From positions 1 to 62,903 of the forward strand of contig CAZRQR010000001.1 in assembly GCA_964602435.1 (NCBI GenBank): a DNA stretch of 62,903 nt, written 5' to 3'. Below are positions 20,821 through 30,910 of the stretch, piece by piece. Position numbers and translations under genes: made by a program. The notes beneath the pieces were generated by a model. It made no database searches. It had not been told where the DNA came from and saw only the letters and a list, made by a program, of their open reading frames with translations. This stretch comes from an uncultured Oxalobacter sp. GTDB taxonomy: Bacteria > Pseudomonadota > Gammaproteobacteria > Burkholderiales > Burkholderiaceae_D. Position 1 is the stretch's first letter. Each line of letters begins with the position of its first letter.

Positions 20821-22407
20821 ATGGAAAATACACAAAAGAATCTTCCAAAAACACTTTTCCATACGCAAATATTAGAATCCGAATTAAAACAGCTGGATTT
20901 GAATACCCAGAAGAATGTATTGCAGGCATGGGTCAGCAGCCTTGACGAACTCCATCAAAAAGACAAGGCAACCCAATTCTCGGCTTTCTCTGCCGAAATT
21001 CTTGGAAAACTGCTCGGCTACAGTGCGTCCGGAAACACCGTTACCATTCAACCCGATACCGCTTCCGACCACTTTTTCGACCTGTGTCTGGGCCAGTTCC
21101 AGCCAGCCGGCCAGAAGGCCGTGGCAGCCCTGAAGCTGGACACGGAATCAGGCATATCACCCGAAACTGAAGCGACCTTCAGGGAAGAAGCGTGGAAATT
21201 CACCGAATTGCAGAACAACGGTTTCTACCTATTGGCCAGTCTGGATGAATTCAGGCTGTACCCGAGACACAGCAAGGAAAAAGTGTACGAACGTTTTGTT
21301 TTCGTGGAAATGCTGCAGGATGACATCTCACTCTCCCGTTTTTATCTGTTGTTGAACGCAATCAATTTGCTGTCGGGAAAAACGGCACACTGGCTGCATG
21401 AAAGCGCGGTACTTTTCCTGAATGAAAAACTGAAGGGTTCTTATCAGACCCTCAAGGAAATGTACGGTCCGGTTCAACGCGGCATCACAACCGGACTGGA
21501 TGAGGCCTTCATCATTGACGAAGCCACCAAAGACAGGCTTGTCAAGGAAGACCCCCGTTCAGCAGATATTCTCAAACCTTATGTCGAAAAAGAGGATCTG
21601 GACAAATGGACAACAGACTCCCGATCGCTCTGGCTGATCTACACACCAGAAAATCTGTACGATATCGAAAACTACCCGGCCATCAAAAATCATCTGATGC
21701 CCTTCAAACAGAAACTGGAAAACAGACCGGGTACACAGAAATGGTATGAATTGCAGCATATCAGCGCACATCCGGAAAAAATGTTCAGCACAAAACTGGG
21801 ATTTTCGAAACAATCCCACGATCCGACCTTTGCGATCGATAAAAACGGAGGAGTTTACGATCATTCCAGTTTCTATACGACCGAGCTGGACTATTATCTC
21901 GTTGCGCTTCTGAACTCTTCCGTTCTGTGGTATCTGATCAGAAACAATTCGACCAGAAAACCGGATGGAACCTATGAATTGTCCGCGTCCAGCATCGAGA
22001 AACTGCCCGTTCCGGACGCTCCCGGACTTGTTCGCGCGCGTATGGGACAACTCTCCGATTTCTGCCATGACACCGTACTGACCAGAAATGACCTGATCAA
22101 GCATTTCCGCGGCATGACCGCTTACAATCTGCTTCCTAGTGGTCTCTCATCGAAACTGACGCAACGTCTGCATAACTGGTTTGCCCACGAATTCGATACA
22201 TTCCGTTCAGAAATCATCGACTCTTTCAATACGGATATTCCGGCAGATGATCTTCAACTCTGGAACGATTATTTCTATCAGGAAAGAAACAAGGTTTTCA
22301 ATATGAATGCGGATATAGCCAGAGCCGAAAAAGAAATTGACCTGATCGTCTATGAACTTTTCGAACTGGGCCCCGATGAAATCGACCTGATAGAAAGAAC
22401 TGTCTGA
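20821..22407 (+). CDS. Type IIG restriction-modification-derived protein: degenerate nuclease-like N-terminus fused to TaqI_C/Eco57I-like target-recognition region, no methyltransferase domain
   Basis: RGITTGLDEAFIIDEATKDRLVKEDPRSADILKP..., YPAIKNHL, WYELQ, LLNSS, LPVP, EKEIDLIVYELFEL are typical IIG C-terminal motifs; no motif I (xxGxG) or NPPY found. Recognised by eye. Confidence 0.75.
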   Translation: MENTQKNLPKTLFHTQILESELKQLDLNTQKNVLQAWVSSLDELHQKDKATQFSAFSAEILGKLLGYSASGNTVTIQPDTASDHFFDLCLGQFQPAGQKAVAALKLDTESGISPETEATFREEAWKFTELQNNGFYLLASLDEFRLYPRHSKEKVYERFVFVEMLQDDISLSRFYLLLNAINLLSGKTAHWLHESAVLFLNEKLKGSYQTLKEMYGPVQRGITTGLDEAFIIDEATKDRLVKEDPRSADILKPYVEKEDLDKWTTDSRSLWLIYTPENLYDIENYPAIKNHLMPFKQKLENRPGTQKWYELQHISAHPEKMFSTKLGFSKQSHDPTFAIDKNGGVYDHSSFYTTELDYYLVALLNSSVLWYLIRNNSTRKPDGTYELSASSIEKLPVPDAPGLVRARMGQLSDFCHDTVLTRNDLIKHFRGMTAYNLLPSGLSSKLTQRLHNWFAHEFDTFRSEIIDSFNTDIPADDLQLWNDYFYQERNKVFNMNADIARAEKEIDLIVYELFELGPDEIDLIERTV

Positions 22408-22437
22408 CCGGATGACACTGTGAAAAAGCAGGAATGA

Positions 22438-23409
22438 TTATTTCATTCCCGCTTTTCTTGCCTGCAGATCGGCATGATAGCTTGACCGAACCAAAGGACC
22501 TATCGCAGCGTGAACAAATCCCATCTTGCGTGCGATTCTTTCCAGTTTTTCGAATGTCTCCAGGCTGACATATCGCAAGACAGGCAAATGGTCTTGGGAA
22601 GGCATCAAATACTGTCCGATCGTCAGCATCGAAACATGATGGGCACGCAGATCTTTCATGACTTGCACGATTTCATCATCGGTTTCTCCCAGCCCTACCA
22701 TCAGACCCGATTTCGTCGGAACATGGGGACACCGGTTCCCGAATTCCTGCAGCAGTTTCAACGAAAAGTCATAATTGGCACCGGGTCTGGCCTGCAAATA
22801 AAGACGGGGAACGGTTTCAAGATTGTGATTGAATATATCCGGTGGAAAAGCGCACAACAGATCCAGAGCCCTATCCATCCGGCCTTTGAAATCAGGCGTC
22901 AGTATCTCGATTCTGGTACCCGGAGAAACCGCCCTGATTTCTCTAAGACAGTGGACAAAATGAGATGCACCGCCATCTCTGAGATCATCCCGGTTCACCG
23001 ACGTCAGAACAACATATGACAATCCCAGTAACGATATCGTTTCCGCCAGCTGCCTCGGTTCATTTTCATCAAGCGGATCAGGCCTGCCGTGAGCCACATC
23101 GCAAAATGGACACCTGCGCGTACATTTGTCACCCATTATCATGAAAGCCGCTGTACCATTTCCATAACATTCCCCGCGATTGGGACAACTGGCCTCATCG
23201 CACACCGTTACCAGCTTATGCGATGCGATCATATCCCTGACTTCAAAAAAGCGCGAGTGGTAAGAGCCGGCTTTAACCCTGATCCAGGGTGGCTTCGGCA
23301 ATTTTTCGGCAGGCTGGATTCTGACGGGTATTCTGGACGTCTTCTGTGCTCCCTTCTGCTTTTTTGAAACAGAACCTGTCCCGGCATTATCGGCATCATC
23401 GACTATCAT
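22438..23409 (-). CDS. lipA: Lipoyl synthase
   Basis: C-x4-C-x5-C ([12 protein letters not shown]), [15 protein letters not shown]; start 23409 preferred. Confidence 0.97.
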   Translation of the reverse strand: MIVDDADNAGTGSVSKKQKGAQKTSRIPVRIQPAEKLPKPPWIRVKAGSYHSRFFEVRDMIASHKLVTVCDEASCPNRGECYGNGTAAFMIMGDKCTRRCPFCDVAHGRPDPLDENEPRQLAETISLLGLSYVVLTSVNRDDLRDGGASHFVHCLREIRAVSPGTRIEILTPDFKGRMDRALDLLCAFPPDIFNHNLETVPRLYLQARPGANYDFSLKLLQEFGNRCPHVPTKSGLMVGLGETDDEIVQVMKDLRAHHVSMLTIGQYLMPSQDHLPVLRYVSLETFEKLERIARKMGFVHAAIGPLVRSSYHADLQARKAGMK

Positions 23410-24094
23410 GAACCACCTCTCCATTACTCCCTGATACAATCCTGAGTCCCAGCCCGGAAGACAGCAACCCCAGCAATTTTTCCTGAACATCCCGCATATT
23501 GCCCGAATATCCCATTGATCGCATATCAGTAGTGGCAAGTCCTTCATATCCACACGGATTGATCCATCGGAAAGGCTCGAGATCCATCGCCACGTTCAAC
23601 GCAAAACCGTGATACATGCGGCCATTGCTTTTGATTTTCAAACCCAGTGCTGCAATTTTCGCGCCCTGATTGTTCCCATAAACCGGCTGACGGGGAATAT
23701 AGATACCGGGCGCCCCCACATGACGTTCACCGGTGATATCAAATGCAGACAAGGTGCGGATAATGACTTCCTCGATCCTGGAAACAAGTTCACGAACATG
23801 CAATTTGCCGAAACGGCGTTTCAGATCCATCAGCAGATAAACAACAAGCTGGCCAGGTCCATGATAAGTCACCTCGCCTCCACGATCCGTTTCATATACC
23901 GGAATCTGGTGGGCATCCAGAATATTGGCTCTGTTCGCGGCCAGTCCCAGTGTAAAAACCGGATCATGCTCCACGATCCAGATTTCATCGCATGTCAACG
24001 GCCCTCTTTGTCGAGTGAATTCAACCATTCCGCGAAAAACAGGTCCGTATTGAATCCGCCCGAGCTGCCGTATCAATACCGCATCAATCTGCAT
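23396..24094 (-). CDS. lipB: Lipoyl(octanoyl) transferase
   Basis: [40 protein letters not shown]. Confidence 0.96.
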   Translation of the reverse strand: MQIDAVLIRQLGRIQYGPVFRGMVEFTRQRGPLTCDEIWIVEHDPVFTLGLAANRANILDAHQIPVYETDRGGEVTYHGPGQLVVYLLMDLKRRFGKLHVRELVSRIEEVIIRTLSAFDITGERHVGAPGIYIPRQPVYGNNQGAKIAALGLKIKSNGRMYHGFALNVAMDLEPFRWINPCGYEGLATTDMRSMGYSGNMRDVQEKLLGLLSSGLGLRIVSGSNGEVVHDSR

Positions 24095-24121
24095 ACCCTC
24101 GCAAGACCCGTACAAGAGTTA

Positions 24122-24397
24122 TCAAAGCACCACTTTTACCATCGGGTGGGAAGATAGTTCCCTGTAAAGATTATCAAGCTGCTCGCGGCTGATTGCATTG
24201 ACAGTTGCGGTCAGACTCAAATAATTGCCTTTGGAAGAAAGTCGCATTCCGAGTGTCGCCGCATCAAACAAGGGATCGTGCAACCGTATAATATCGGCGA
24301 TAGTATCCGCAAAATCGTCCCTTTTCTCTCCCATAATCTTGATCGGGAAATCGCAGGGATACTTGATAGGATCTTCGTTGCCAAGAAAACAACTCAT
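24122..24397 (-). CDS. ybeD: YbeD/DUF493 family protein
   Basis: YPCDFPIKIMG, SSKGNYLSLT, QLDNLY.ELS.HP.VKVVL; AAGGAG RBS. Confidence 0.92.
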   Translation of the reverse strand: MSCFLGNEDPIKYPCDFPIKIMGEKRDDFADTIADIIRLHDPLFDAATLGMRLSSKGNYLSLTATVNAISREQLDNLYRELSSHPMVKVVL

Positions 24398-24410
24398 CAC
24401 AAGCTCCTTT

Positions 24411-25559
24411 TTATTTGAACCACAGACAGATGGTATCCCACAATCTGCCCAGAAAACTGGCCACATTGATTTGTTCCAGTGCAAAAACCGGCAATTCGGC
24501 AATGACCCTGTCACCTATCATCACTTTCAGTATTCCAATTCTGGATCCTTCATCAATCGGAGCAATGAGAGGATCCTTCCGTACAAGCACAGACCGTAGC
24601 TGGGAAGCGGTCCCTTTCGGTATGGAAATATAAGTATCTTCATTGAACCCTACTTCGATATTTCCCGAAGAACCCTTCCAGACTTCAGGCTCCGCGATGA
24701 CGTCATCCTTTTCAAATAGCCGTATCATGTCGAAATTCTGAAATCCCCAGTTCAATAATTTCAGACTTTCCCGTGTACATGCCTGATCGGACGCAGCACC
24801 CGACACGATCGACAGCAATCTTCTCTCGCCCAATATACTCTTGCGCTTTGCCGAGGCAACCAGTATAAAAGATTGTCCAGAACTGTTCGTTGCGATCAGG
24901 CCGTCAACAGCGGAATCAAGCCAAAGCAAACGATTCGGATTTCTCATCCTGATCCGGTTATAAAACGATTCACGGACGGAAAAACTGAAATAATAGTCGG
25001 GATAATCTCGTATCAGGCACGTCGCCAGAATAGCCAGATCAGAAAGTGTCGAATAGCCTTTCTTGTCAGAAGCGGAAAGATCCACAAATCGTGTCGATTT
25101 CATGCCAATTCTTGCGGCTTCCTGATCCATCAGTCTGACAAATGTCTTGTCGTTATCCGATACTGCCAGAGACAAAACAAGCGCGGCATCATCCGCACCA
25201 TGAACAACCAGACCGTACAGCAATTCCTTCACTGTTATCTGTCCACCGGCCTGAAGAAACATTCTGGGCCCGCCGGAATCCAAGGCGGCCACATCTTCAG
25301 GTATGGCAACAGACTGGTCGAAACTCAGCTTTCCCTCCCGCAACGCTCCGAAAATCAGATAGGCTGTCATCAATCTGGAAGCGGCCTGCGATGCCACCTT
25401 TTCATTGGCATTCCGTGATGCCAGAACCTGATTGCTGACGACATCCATCAGAAGCCACGACCTGGCTCCAAGGGCAGGCATTGTGACTGCCGATGCACAA
25501 ACAGGATTCGCCAATACCAGAAAAAAAAGAATGCAAGCGGACAGAAAGCCTTTTTTCAT
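24411..25559 (-). CDS. D-Ala-D-Ala carboxypeptidase (DacA/PBP5-6) homolog with degenerate active site
   Basis: Signal peptide; LMTAY, RMFL, NRLLW.D.AVDGL, LLNWGF and C-terminal amphipathic helix; syntenic with ybeD-lipB; SxxK, SxN and KTG all altered. Confidence 0.9.
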   Translation of the reverse strand: MKKGFLSACILFFLVLANPVCASAVTMPALGARSWLLMDVVSNQVLASRNANEKVASQAASRLMTAYLIFGALREGKLSFDQSVAIPEDVAALDSGGPRMFLQAGGQITVKELLYGLVVHGADDAALVLSLAVSDNDKTFVRLMDQEAARIGMKSTRFVDLSASDKKGYSTLSDLAILATCLIRDYPDYYFSFSVRESFYNRIRMRNPNRLLWLDSAVDGLIATNSSGQSFILVASAKRKSILGERRLLSIVSGAASDQACTRESLKLLNWGFQNFDMIRLFEKDDVIAEPEVWKGSSGNIEVGFNEDTYISIPKGTASQLRSVLVRKDPLIAPIDEGSRIGILKVMIGDRVIAELPVFALEQINVASFLGRLWDTICLWFK

Positions 25560-25594
25560 CTAAATACTTCGACCTGAATCAAAACAATTCCGGT

Positions 25595-26224
25595 TTATCG
25601 CTGATGTTGGAAAACGGCAGTAATGATATTACGAATATGATGCAACTTGTGATTGAACAAATGATCTGCGCCGGCAACAACGACAACGGACAAATCCTGG
25701 GGACGCGCCCATTTGAAAACATCAGACAACGGAACGACCTCATCCATTTCCCCATGAATGAGAAGCGTATTTTCCGGTATTTTCTCAACCGCCCACTTTC
25801 CGGCCGTCGTACTGACGAAAGCCATGCGTTCAGGTGGATTGCCATTTGCAACCATCTGTTGCTGCAAGCGCGATTGGACATAAGTTCCAAATGAAAATCC
25901 TCCCAACACAACCGGCAATCCCGGATATTTTTCCTGCACAAATCCCGCCAGACACGCCATATCATCCGTTTCGCCGTTTCCGAAATCATGCGAACCTTCC
26001 GACTGTCCGACACCGCGAAAATTCATTCTGACAGACAGATAACCCAGACCGACAAAGGTTCGCGCCATCATCTGTACCACTTTGTTATTCATGGTACCTC
26101 CATAAAGTGGATGAGGATGGGCGAGCAGGGCAATACCAACCGGTTTTCTCTTTGGCAAATCAAGGGCACATTCAAGATTTCCGGCTTTACCGGTCACAAA
26201 AAATATTTCGGTATCAGCATTCAT
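25595..26224 (-). CDS. Alpha/beta hydrolase family protein
   Basis: HPHPLYGGTMNNKVV, NFRGVGQSEG, GFSFG nucleophile elbow, HGEMDEVV, ADHLF. Confidence 0.92.
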   Translation of the reverse strand: MNADTEIFFVTGKAGNLECALDLPKRKPVGIALLAHPHPLYGGTMNNKVVQMMARTFVGLGYLSVRMNFRGVGQSEGSHDFGNGETDDMACLAGFVQEKYPGLPVVLGGFSFGTYVQSRLQQQMVANGNPPERMAFVSTTAGKWAVEKIPENTLLIHGEMDEVVPLSDVFKWARPQDLSVVVVAGADHLFNHKLHHIRNIITAVFQHQR

Positions 26225-26333
26225 CGAACTCTCCCGTAATGGTACTGGTCAAATCGGCAGCGATTGCTGCCCGCCTGTTCTATTATCCCATGCCATCATG
26301 CATTTCGACATCGCAAGCCATATATCCAAAAAC

Positions 26334-26363
26334 AAAAAACCTGTCCGTACATCAGACAGGTTT
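26334..26363 (-). terminator. Intrinsic terminator downstream of the MCE/Mla operon
   Basis: On the minus strand AAACCTGTCT-gatgtac-GGACAGGTTT followed by further Ts. Confidence 0.65.
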
Positions 26364-26381
26364 GGATACTTTTTCCGGAAA

Positions 26382-27014
26382 TTACTGATAGTTCACTTCC
26401 ACCAGCCAATTCATTATTTCCACAATCAGCTCATCACTATTTTGCGCCATTGCCCTCGCTCCACCTTGTGCATCAGGCGTCAGGGAAGCGACATCCTTCT
26501 GAAATCTTTTCTGTGCAATCAGGTCGTGCCCCCTGAACAATGAGGCCCGAAGGACGATACGGCTGACACTATCGGACGGACTCGAGAAATGCTGACTGAA
26601 ATCCTCCAGATAAATTCGCAAGACCAGTGCAGGTGAAGACGTTTTCACATTGGTTACGACATTGCCCGTCGCAACCAGACAAGCCTCCAACCGGTTTCTG
26701 AACAGCTGCGAAGGTGATGTATTCCAGCTGCTTTCCGTATAGAAACGGACCTGCTGGTCATTAATGTAATCAAGACGGTAAAACATCAGACTTTCATTCA
26801 TCCAGTCCGGAGCATGTACTTTCGTACTGATGACAGGCATATTGACAGGCAAATTCTCCTGATTCTCCAGTTTCAGGGGACCCAAGTCATACTGTACCGC
26901 CGGCGGCCGCCGGTCCCCCAACGCACACGCAGCCAGAATGCAGACCGTTGCAATAGCGACAAAACAGAATTTGATTTTTTTCAACATGACACGTTCCATC
27001 GACAACATTTCCAT
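26382..27014 (-). CDS. ABC-type transport auxiliary lipoprotein (PqiC-like)
   Basis: Lipobox LAAC, YDLGP, YRL.Y, W...P; last gene of an MCE operon; exact start uncertain. Confidence 0.85.
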   Translation of the reverse strand: MEMLSMERVMLKKIKFCFVAIATVCILAACALGDRRPPAVQYDLGPLKLENQENLPVNMPVISTKVHAPDWMNESLMFYRLDYINDQQVRFYTESSWNTSPSQLFRNRLEACLVATGNVVTNVKTSSPALVLRIYLEDFSQHFSSPSDSVSRIVLRASLFRGHDLIAQKRFQKDVASLTPDAQGGARAMAQNSDELIVEIMNWLVEVNYQ

Positions 27015-27892
27015 TATCGTCCTTCGGTGTTGAATCCGGGTTCTCCGGGACCCGGCGCAGGTCCTGCGGCACCAAAAAGCAGGCCGGAAGGTCTCTGTTT
27101 GTACTGTTCGAGTACCTTGTTCAGATTATAGAGAGTCATTCTGGCATCTTCGGTCAAGGATTCCAGATGAAAAATCGTATCATTGCCTGCATTATCAGAC
27201 ATGAACGTATTCGCTTTCTGGCTCAGATTTTTGAGATCTTTCGACAATTCGGTAATGGACTGTATCATCTTTTGTGCATCTTCAGTAGCCTGTGGCAATT
27301 GACGGAAAGTCGGTTCAAGTTCAGAAGGCACCTTTTCCCAGCTCTGTGCCGCTTTGCTGATACTCCTGAAGGCATTCATCATCGTTTTGCTGTTTTCGTC
27401 ATTGAACAGAATGGCCAGTTGCGACGATACGCTCTGTACTTCCTTGAGAATCTGGAGACCGCTTAACTGCAATTCAGCCAGCAAACTGGGACGCATGGGA
27501 ATGGCGGCAGGATTTTCCGACGATGTCTCCAGCTTTTCCATATTTGTTCCATCGTCACCCAATTCCACTGAAGCAATACCGGTCACCCCCTGATATGTCA
27601 AAGTGGCGAAAGTTGATTTCGTCATGGGTGTATCTTCTTTCACTTCAAAACGAATCAGAATTTCACCCGGTTCTTTCGGATTGAATCCGATACTGGTAAC
27701 GCGACCGACATCCAGCCCGCGAAACCGGACTGTTGCCTGAGGATTCAGTCCGGGAATCGGCTGACTTGTTGCAATCATGTAAGGCACTCGTACTGTCCGA
27801 TCCATATTGAGAAACCAGACAATCAGCAAAGCTGCCGCAATCAGGCAGACCGTAAACAAACCTGCGATAAACGCATGGGATTTATTTTCCAT
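27014..27892 (-). CDS. MCE/MlaD family substrate-binding protein
   Basis: MENKSHAFIAGLF TM anchor, GL...ATVRFRGLDVGRV, QGVTG, coiled-coil, P.GLLFG. Confidence 0.92.
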   Translation of the reverse strand: MENKSHAFIAGLFTVCLIAAALLIVWFLNMDRTVRVPYMIATSQPIPGLNPQATVRFRGLDVGRVTSIGFNPKEPGEILIRFEVKEDTPMTKSTFATLTYQGVTGIASVELGDDGTNMEKLETSSENPAAIPMRPSLLAELQLSGLQILKEVQSVSSQLAILFNDENSKTMMNAFRSISKAAQSWEKVPSELEPTFRQLPQATEDAQKMIQSITELSKDLKNLSQKANTFMSDNAGNDTIFHLESLTEDARMTLYNLNKVLEQYKQRPSGLLFGAAGPAPGPGEPGFNTEGR

Positions 27893-28691
27893 CACTTCCT
27901 CTCGATACTTTGGCAATCTCCGGACGCAATGTACCCGCCAGCACTTTCCTGCCTCTATTGCCCAAAAAGAAATCCTCAATAAAAGGATGCCTGACTTCAA
28001 GAATACTTTCCGGCGAACCACTGGCGATGACTTTCCTGTCCGCCAACACCACTATTTGAGTCGATAAATCCAAAATCGTATCCAGATCATGAGAAACCAT
28101 GACAACCGTCAAATGCAGCTCGTCATGCAATCCGGAAATGAGTTCCACAAAGCTGTCTGACAGCGCCGGATCAAGACCCGCCGTCGGTTCGTCGAGAAAC
28201 AGAAGATCCGGCTCAAGCGAAAGCGCGCGTGCCAGCGCCACCCTTTTTATCATGCCGCCGGACAAATCCGCAGGCATTTTAACGGCATCATCCGGAGACA
28301 GTCCGGCCATCTGAAGCTTCAGCAAGACTGCATCTGCAATCAGGGATTCCGGCAATCCATGCAACTCACGCATCGGCAATGCAACATTGTCGAACACTGA
28401 CAAAGCCGAGAAAAGTGCGCCTTGCTGAAACAATACGCCCCAACGATCGTTCAGCTTCCGCATTTCCGACATACTTGCCTTTGCAATATCGACCCCCAAA
28501 ACCTTCACGGTTCCACGAGACGGTTTCTGCAACCCTAGAATTTCACGCAGCAAAGTGGTCTTCCCGGAACCCGACCCACCGACAATGGAGACAATTTCCC
28601 CTCTTTTTACAGTCAGATCCAGATCCTTGTGAACGATATGGTTGCCAAACTGCGTCCATAATCCACGGATCTCAATGGCATTCATTTTCAT
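27882..28691 (-). CDS. ABC transporter ATP-binding protein (MlaF family)
   Basis: GGSGSGKT, FQQGALFS, LSGGMIKR, LDEPTAGLDP. Confidence 0.95.
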   Translation of the reverse strand: MKMNAIEIRGLWTQFGNHIVHKDLDLTVKRGEIVSIVGGSGSGKTTLLREILGLQKPSRGTVKVLGVDIAKASMSEMRKLNDRWGVLFQQGALFSALSVFDNVALPMRELHGLPESLIADAVLLKLQMAGLSPDDAVKMPADLSGGMIKRVALARALSLEPDLLFLDEPTAGLDPALSDSFVELISGLHDELHLTVVMVSHDLDTILDLSTQIVVLADRKVIASGSPESILEVRHPFIEDFFLGNRGRKVLAGTLRPEIAKVSRGSDGK

Positions 28692-29851
28692 CAGAATCCC
28701 ACCCCCTGAAGAACAATCGCAAAAATGGCATCTGCCAATATAACGACCGTAATAGACGTCACCACAGAACTGGTTGTTCCCCGTCCGAGACTTTCCGTGT
28801 TCGGCTTGATTTTCATTCCATAGTAACAGGCAATCAACGCGATCAGAATGCCGAAAACAAATCCTTTGCCCATGCCAATCCAGAAATTCGCGACAGGAAC
28901 TGCACCGGGTAACGCGGACAGGAAATAGGGAATCGACAACCCGATTTCAAAACTGGCTGCCAGCATGCCCCCCAGTAACGCCAGAACATCCGTCCATATA
29001 ATCAGCAATGGCATGACAATGGACAATGCAATGACTTTTGGCATGATAAGCCGGAATCCGTGGGACATTCCCATTACCTGCATCGCACTCAGTTCTTCTG
29101 TAACCCGCATGACACCTAATTGGGCGGTCATGGCTGACCCTGAACGGCCCGCTACCAGAATAGCCGCCAGCAAAGGTCCGAGCTCCCGTATCACACTCAT
29201 CCCAAGAAGATTGACAAGAAATACGTCGCCGCCAAACATATGAAGTTGTTGAGCCGACAAATAGGACAGAACGACACCGATCAGAAAACCGACCACGGCT
29301 GTAATACTGAGTGCCTGCGCCCCCGCATGATAAATATTGGCGGAAATTTCCTTCCATGGACCATTATGGGGAGCCTTCACAAAACGAAGCAGATCGATCA
29401 CCAACTGGCCAACCAGCACAACTATCCCGAAGAAATGTTCGGCAACAATATAGGGAAACTTTCTTATCCACTCAAAAAAATGCCTGTGGAACAACCGCGC
29501 TTTTGGCAGTTTCAGTATGCCGGCACGTTCAAGCCGGGAAAAAAACTTGTCCTGTTCATTTGTCACCACAAGTTTTTCTGGCCTAGTTTTGTCCCAGTTA
29601 TCCCACAATAATTGTGCACCGATATAGTCCAGCTCAAGAATCTGGCTCAAATCCCATGTAATGGCAGCTTTCTCCGCAAAAGAATCAATGGTTGAATGAA
29701 TGCGGTCAATGTTTCTGGACACTGCCAGCGCCTCAACCCGCCAGCATCCACGGACCATTACATATCCGGAGTCCACAACCTCAAGTCTTGGCGTTCGATC
29801 CTTGTCATTCAGCATATATTCGTTATCACCTGATAAGCCATATTCTTTCAC
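28691..29851 (-). CDS. MlaE family ABC permease with N-terminal STAS-like domain
   Basis: RELGPLLAAILVAGRSGSAMTAQLG, GRGTTSSVV; start uncertain (29851 GTG or 29815 ATG). Confidence 0.93.
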   Translation of the reverse strand: MKEYGLSGDNEYMLNDKDRTPRLEVVDSGYVMVRGCWRVEALAVSRNIDRIHSTIDSFAEKAAITWDLSQILELDYIGAQLLWDNWDKTRPEKLVVTNEQDKFFSRLERAGILKLPKARLFHRHFFEWIRKFPYIVAEHFFGIVVLVGQLVIDLLRFVKAPHNGPWKEISANIYHAGAQALSITAVVGFLIGVVLSYLSAQQLHMFGGDVFLVNLLGMSVIRELGPLLAAILVAGRSGSAMTAQLGVMRVTEELSAMQVMGMSHGFRLIMPKVIALSIVMPLLIIWTDVLALLGGMLAASFEIGLSIPYFLSALPGAVPVANFWIGMGKGFVFGILIALIACYYGMKIKPNTESLGRGTTSSVVTSITVVILADAIFAIVLQGVGF

Positions 29852-30126
29852 AATGCTTCAACTATTGTACTGAATCAGAAAAAAATAGCATGGGCAATTT
29901 AATATCGAATAAATTGCATTTACTGCTTTTGTCATTCCACAACCGGCAACCACCAAAATATACCGGATATTGAAGCGGATTCCCCTGCTTCGGTATGATA
30001 CGCACAAGAACAGAAACAAAAAACAGCACTCTGACTACTTGTTGCGGCATGCTGTCTGGCGTGCGATAGTCCAGCCAGAACAGAACTGGTAATATTTTCC
30101 CTCGGCAGAAATAGGATTTTGCAATT

Positions 30127-30906
30127 ATGCTGTTAGTAGATGCTGGAAATACCTTTATCAAATGGGCTCGCCCCCATCCTGATCAGACATTCTGTCTGGA
30201 ATCCGTTGTCTGGAAAGACTTCGGAGCAGTCGGACACCATGAACTCACCGCTCTGAAAAACGCCTGGGAAAAACTGCACAGTGAAATGCCGATCCGGCAT
30301 GTCCTGATTTCCAATGTAGCCGGTCCATATCTTGGCAACACCCTGTCCGAATTTCTGACAGCACTCAGGCCGAAACCGCCGGAGATCGAATGGTTTTATT
30401 CCGAATCCGTATTGGGGGGCATCAAAAATACCTATCTGGATTACAGAAAACTGGGAAGTGACCGTTTTGCATCAATGATCGGCGCCCACTCCCTTTTTCC
30501 GGAAAAAGCGCTGCTCGTTGTCACCGCCGGAACCGCCACAACAATTGATACTCTGTCGCCAGACGGCACCTTTCTTGGCGGCATGATACTTCCCGGACTG
30601 AAACTGATGGCCGAATCACTGGCCCGAAACACGGCACAATTGCCGGATATCAGCCGGACAAACAATGAGCCAACCGTTTTCGCCAACAATACGGACAGTG
30701 CCATACTGAGTGGATGCCTGAATGCACAGGCAGGAGCAATCGAACGGGCAGCAAGAACGCATGGTCGGCATTTTGCCGATGTTCTGTGTCTTCTGTCCGG
30801 CGGAGCGGCCCGTTATATCGCCCCAAACCTTTCTATACCCTTCAGAATAATAGATAATCTCGTCCTGATAGGCTTGCATACATTTTCCGTTCAAAAGACC
30901 TCCTGA
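30127..30906 (+). CDS. coaX: Type III pantothenate kinase
   Basis: LLVDAGNT.IKW, LGSDR, AGTATTID, GGMILPG, LV.IGL. Confidence 0.95.
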   Translation: MLLVDAGNTFIKWARPHPDQTFCLESVVWKDFGAVGHHELTALKNAWEKLHSEMPIRHVLISNVAGPYLGNTLSEFLTALRPKPPEIEWFYSESVLGGIKNTYLDYRKLGSDRFASMIGAHSLFPEKALLVVTAGTATTIDTLSPDGTFLGGMILPGLKLMAESLARNTAQLPDISRTNNEPTVFANNTDSAILSGCLNAQAGAIERAARTHGRHFADVLCLLSGGAARYIAPNLSIPFRIIDNLVLIGLHTFSVQKTS

Positions 30907-30910
30907 ATTT

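Noticed and set aside
23396-28021. Apparent long overlaps among ORF-track calls (lipA/lipB, ybeD/dac, mlaD/mlaF)
   Set aside because: They shrink to normal short overlaps or vanish when the downstream, RBS-supported start codons are used
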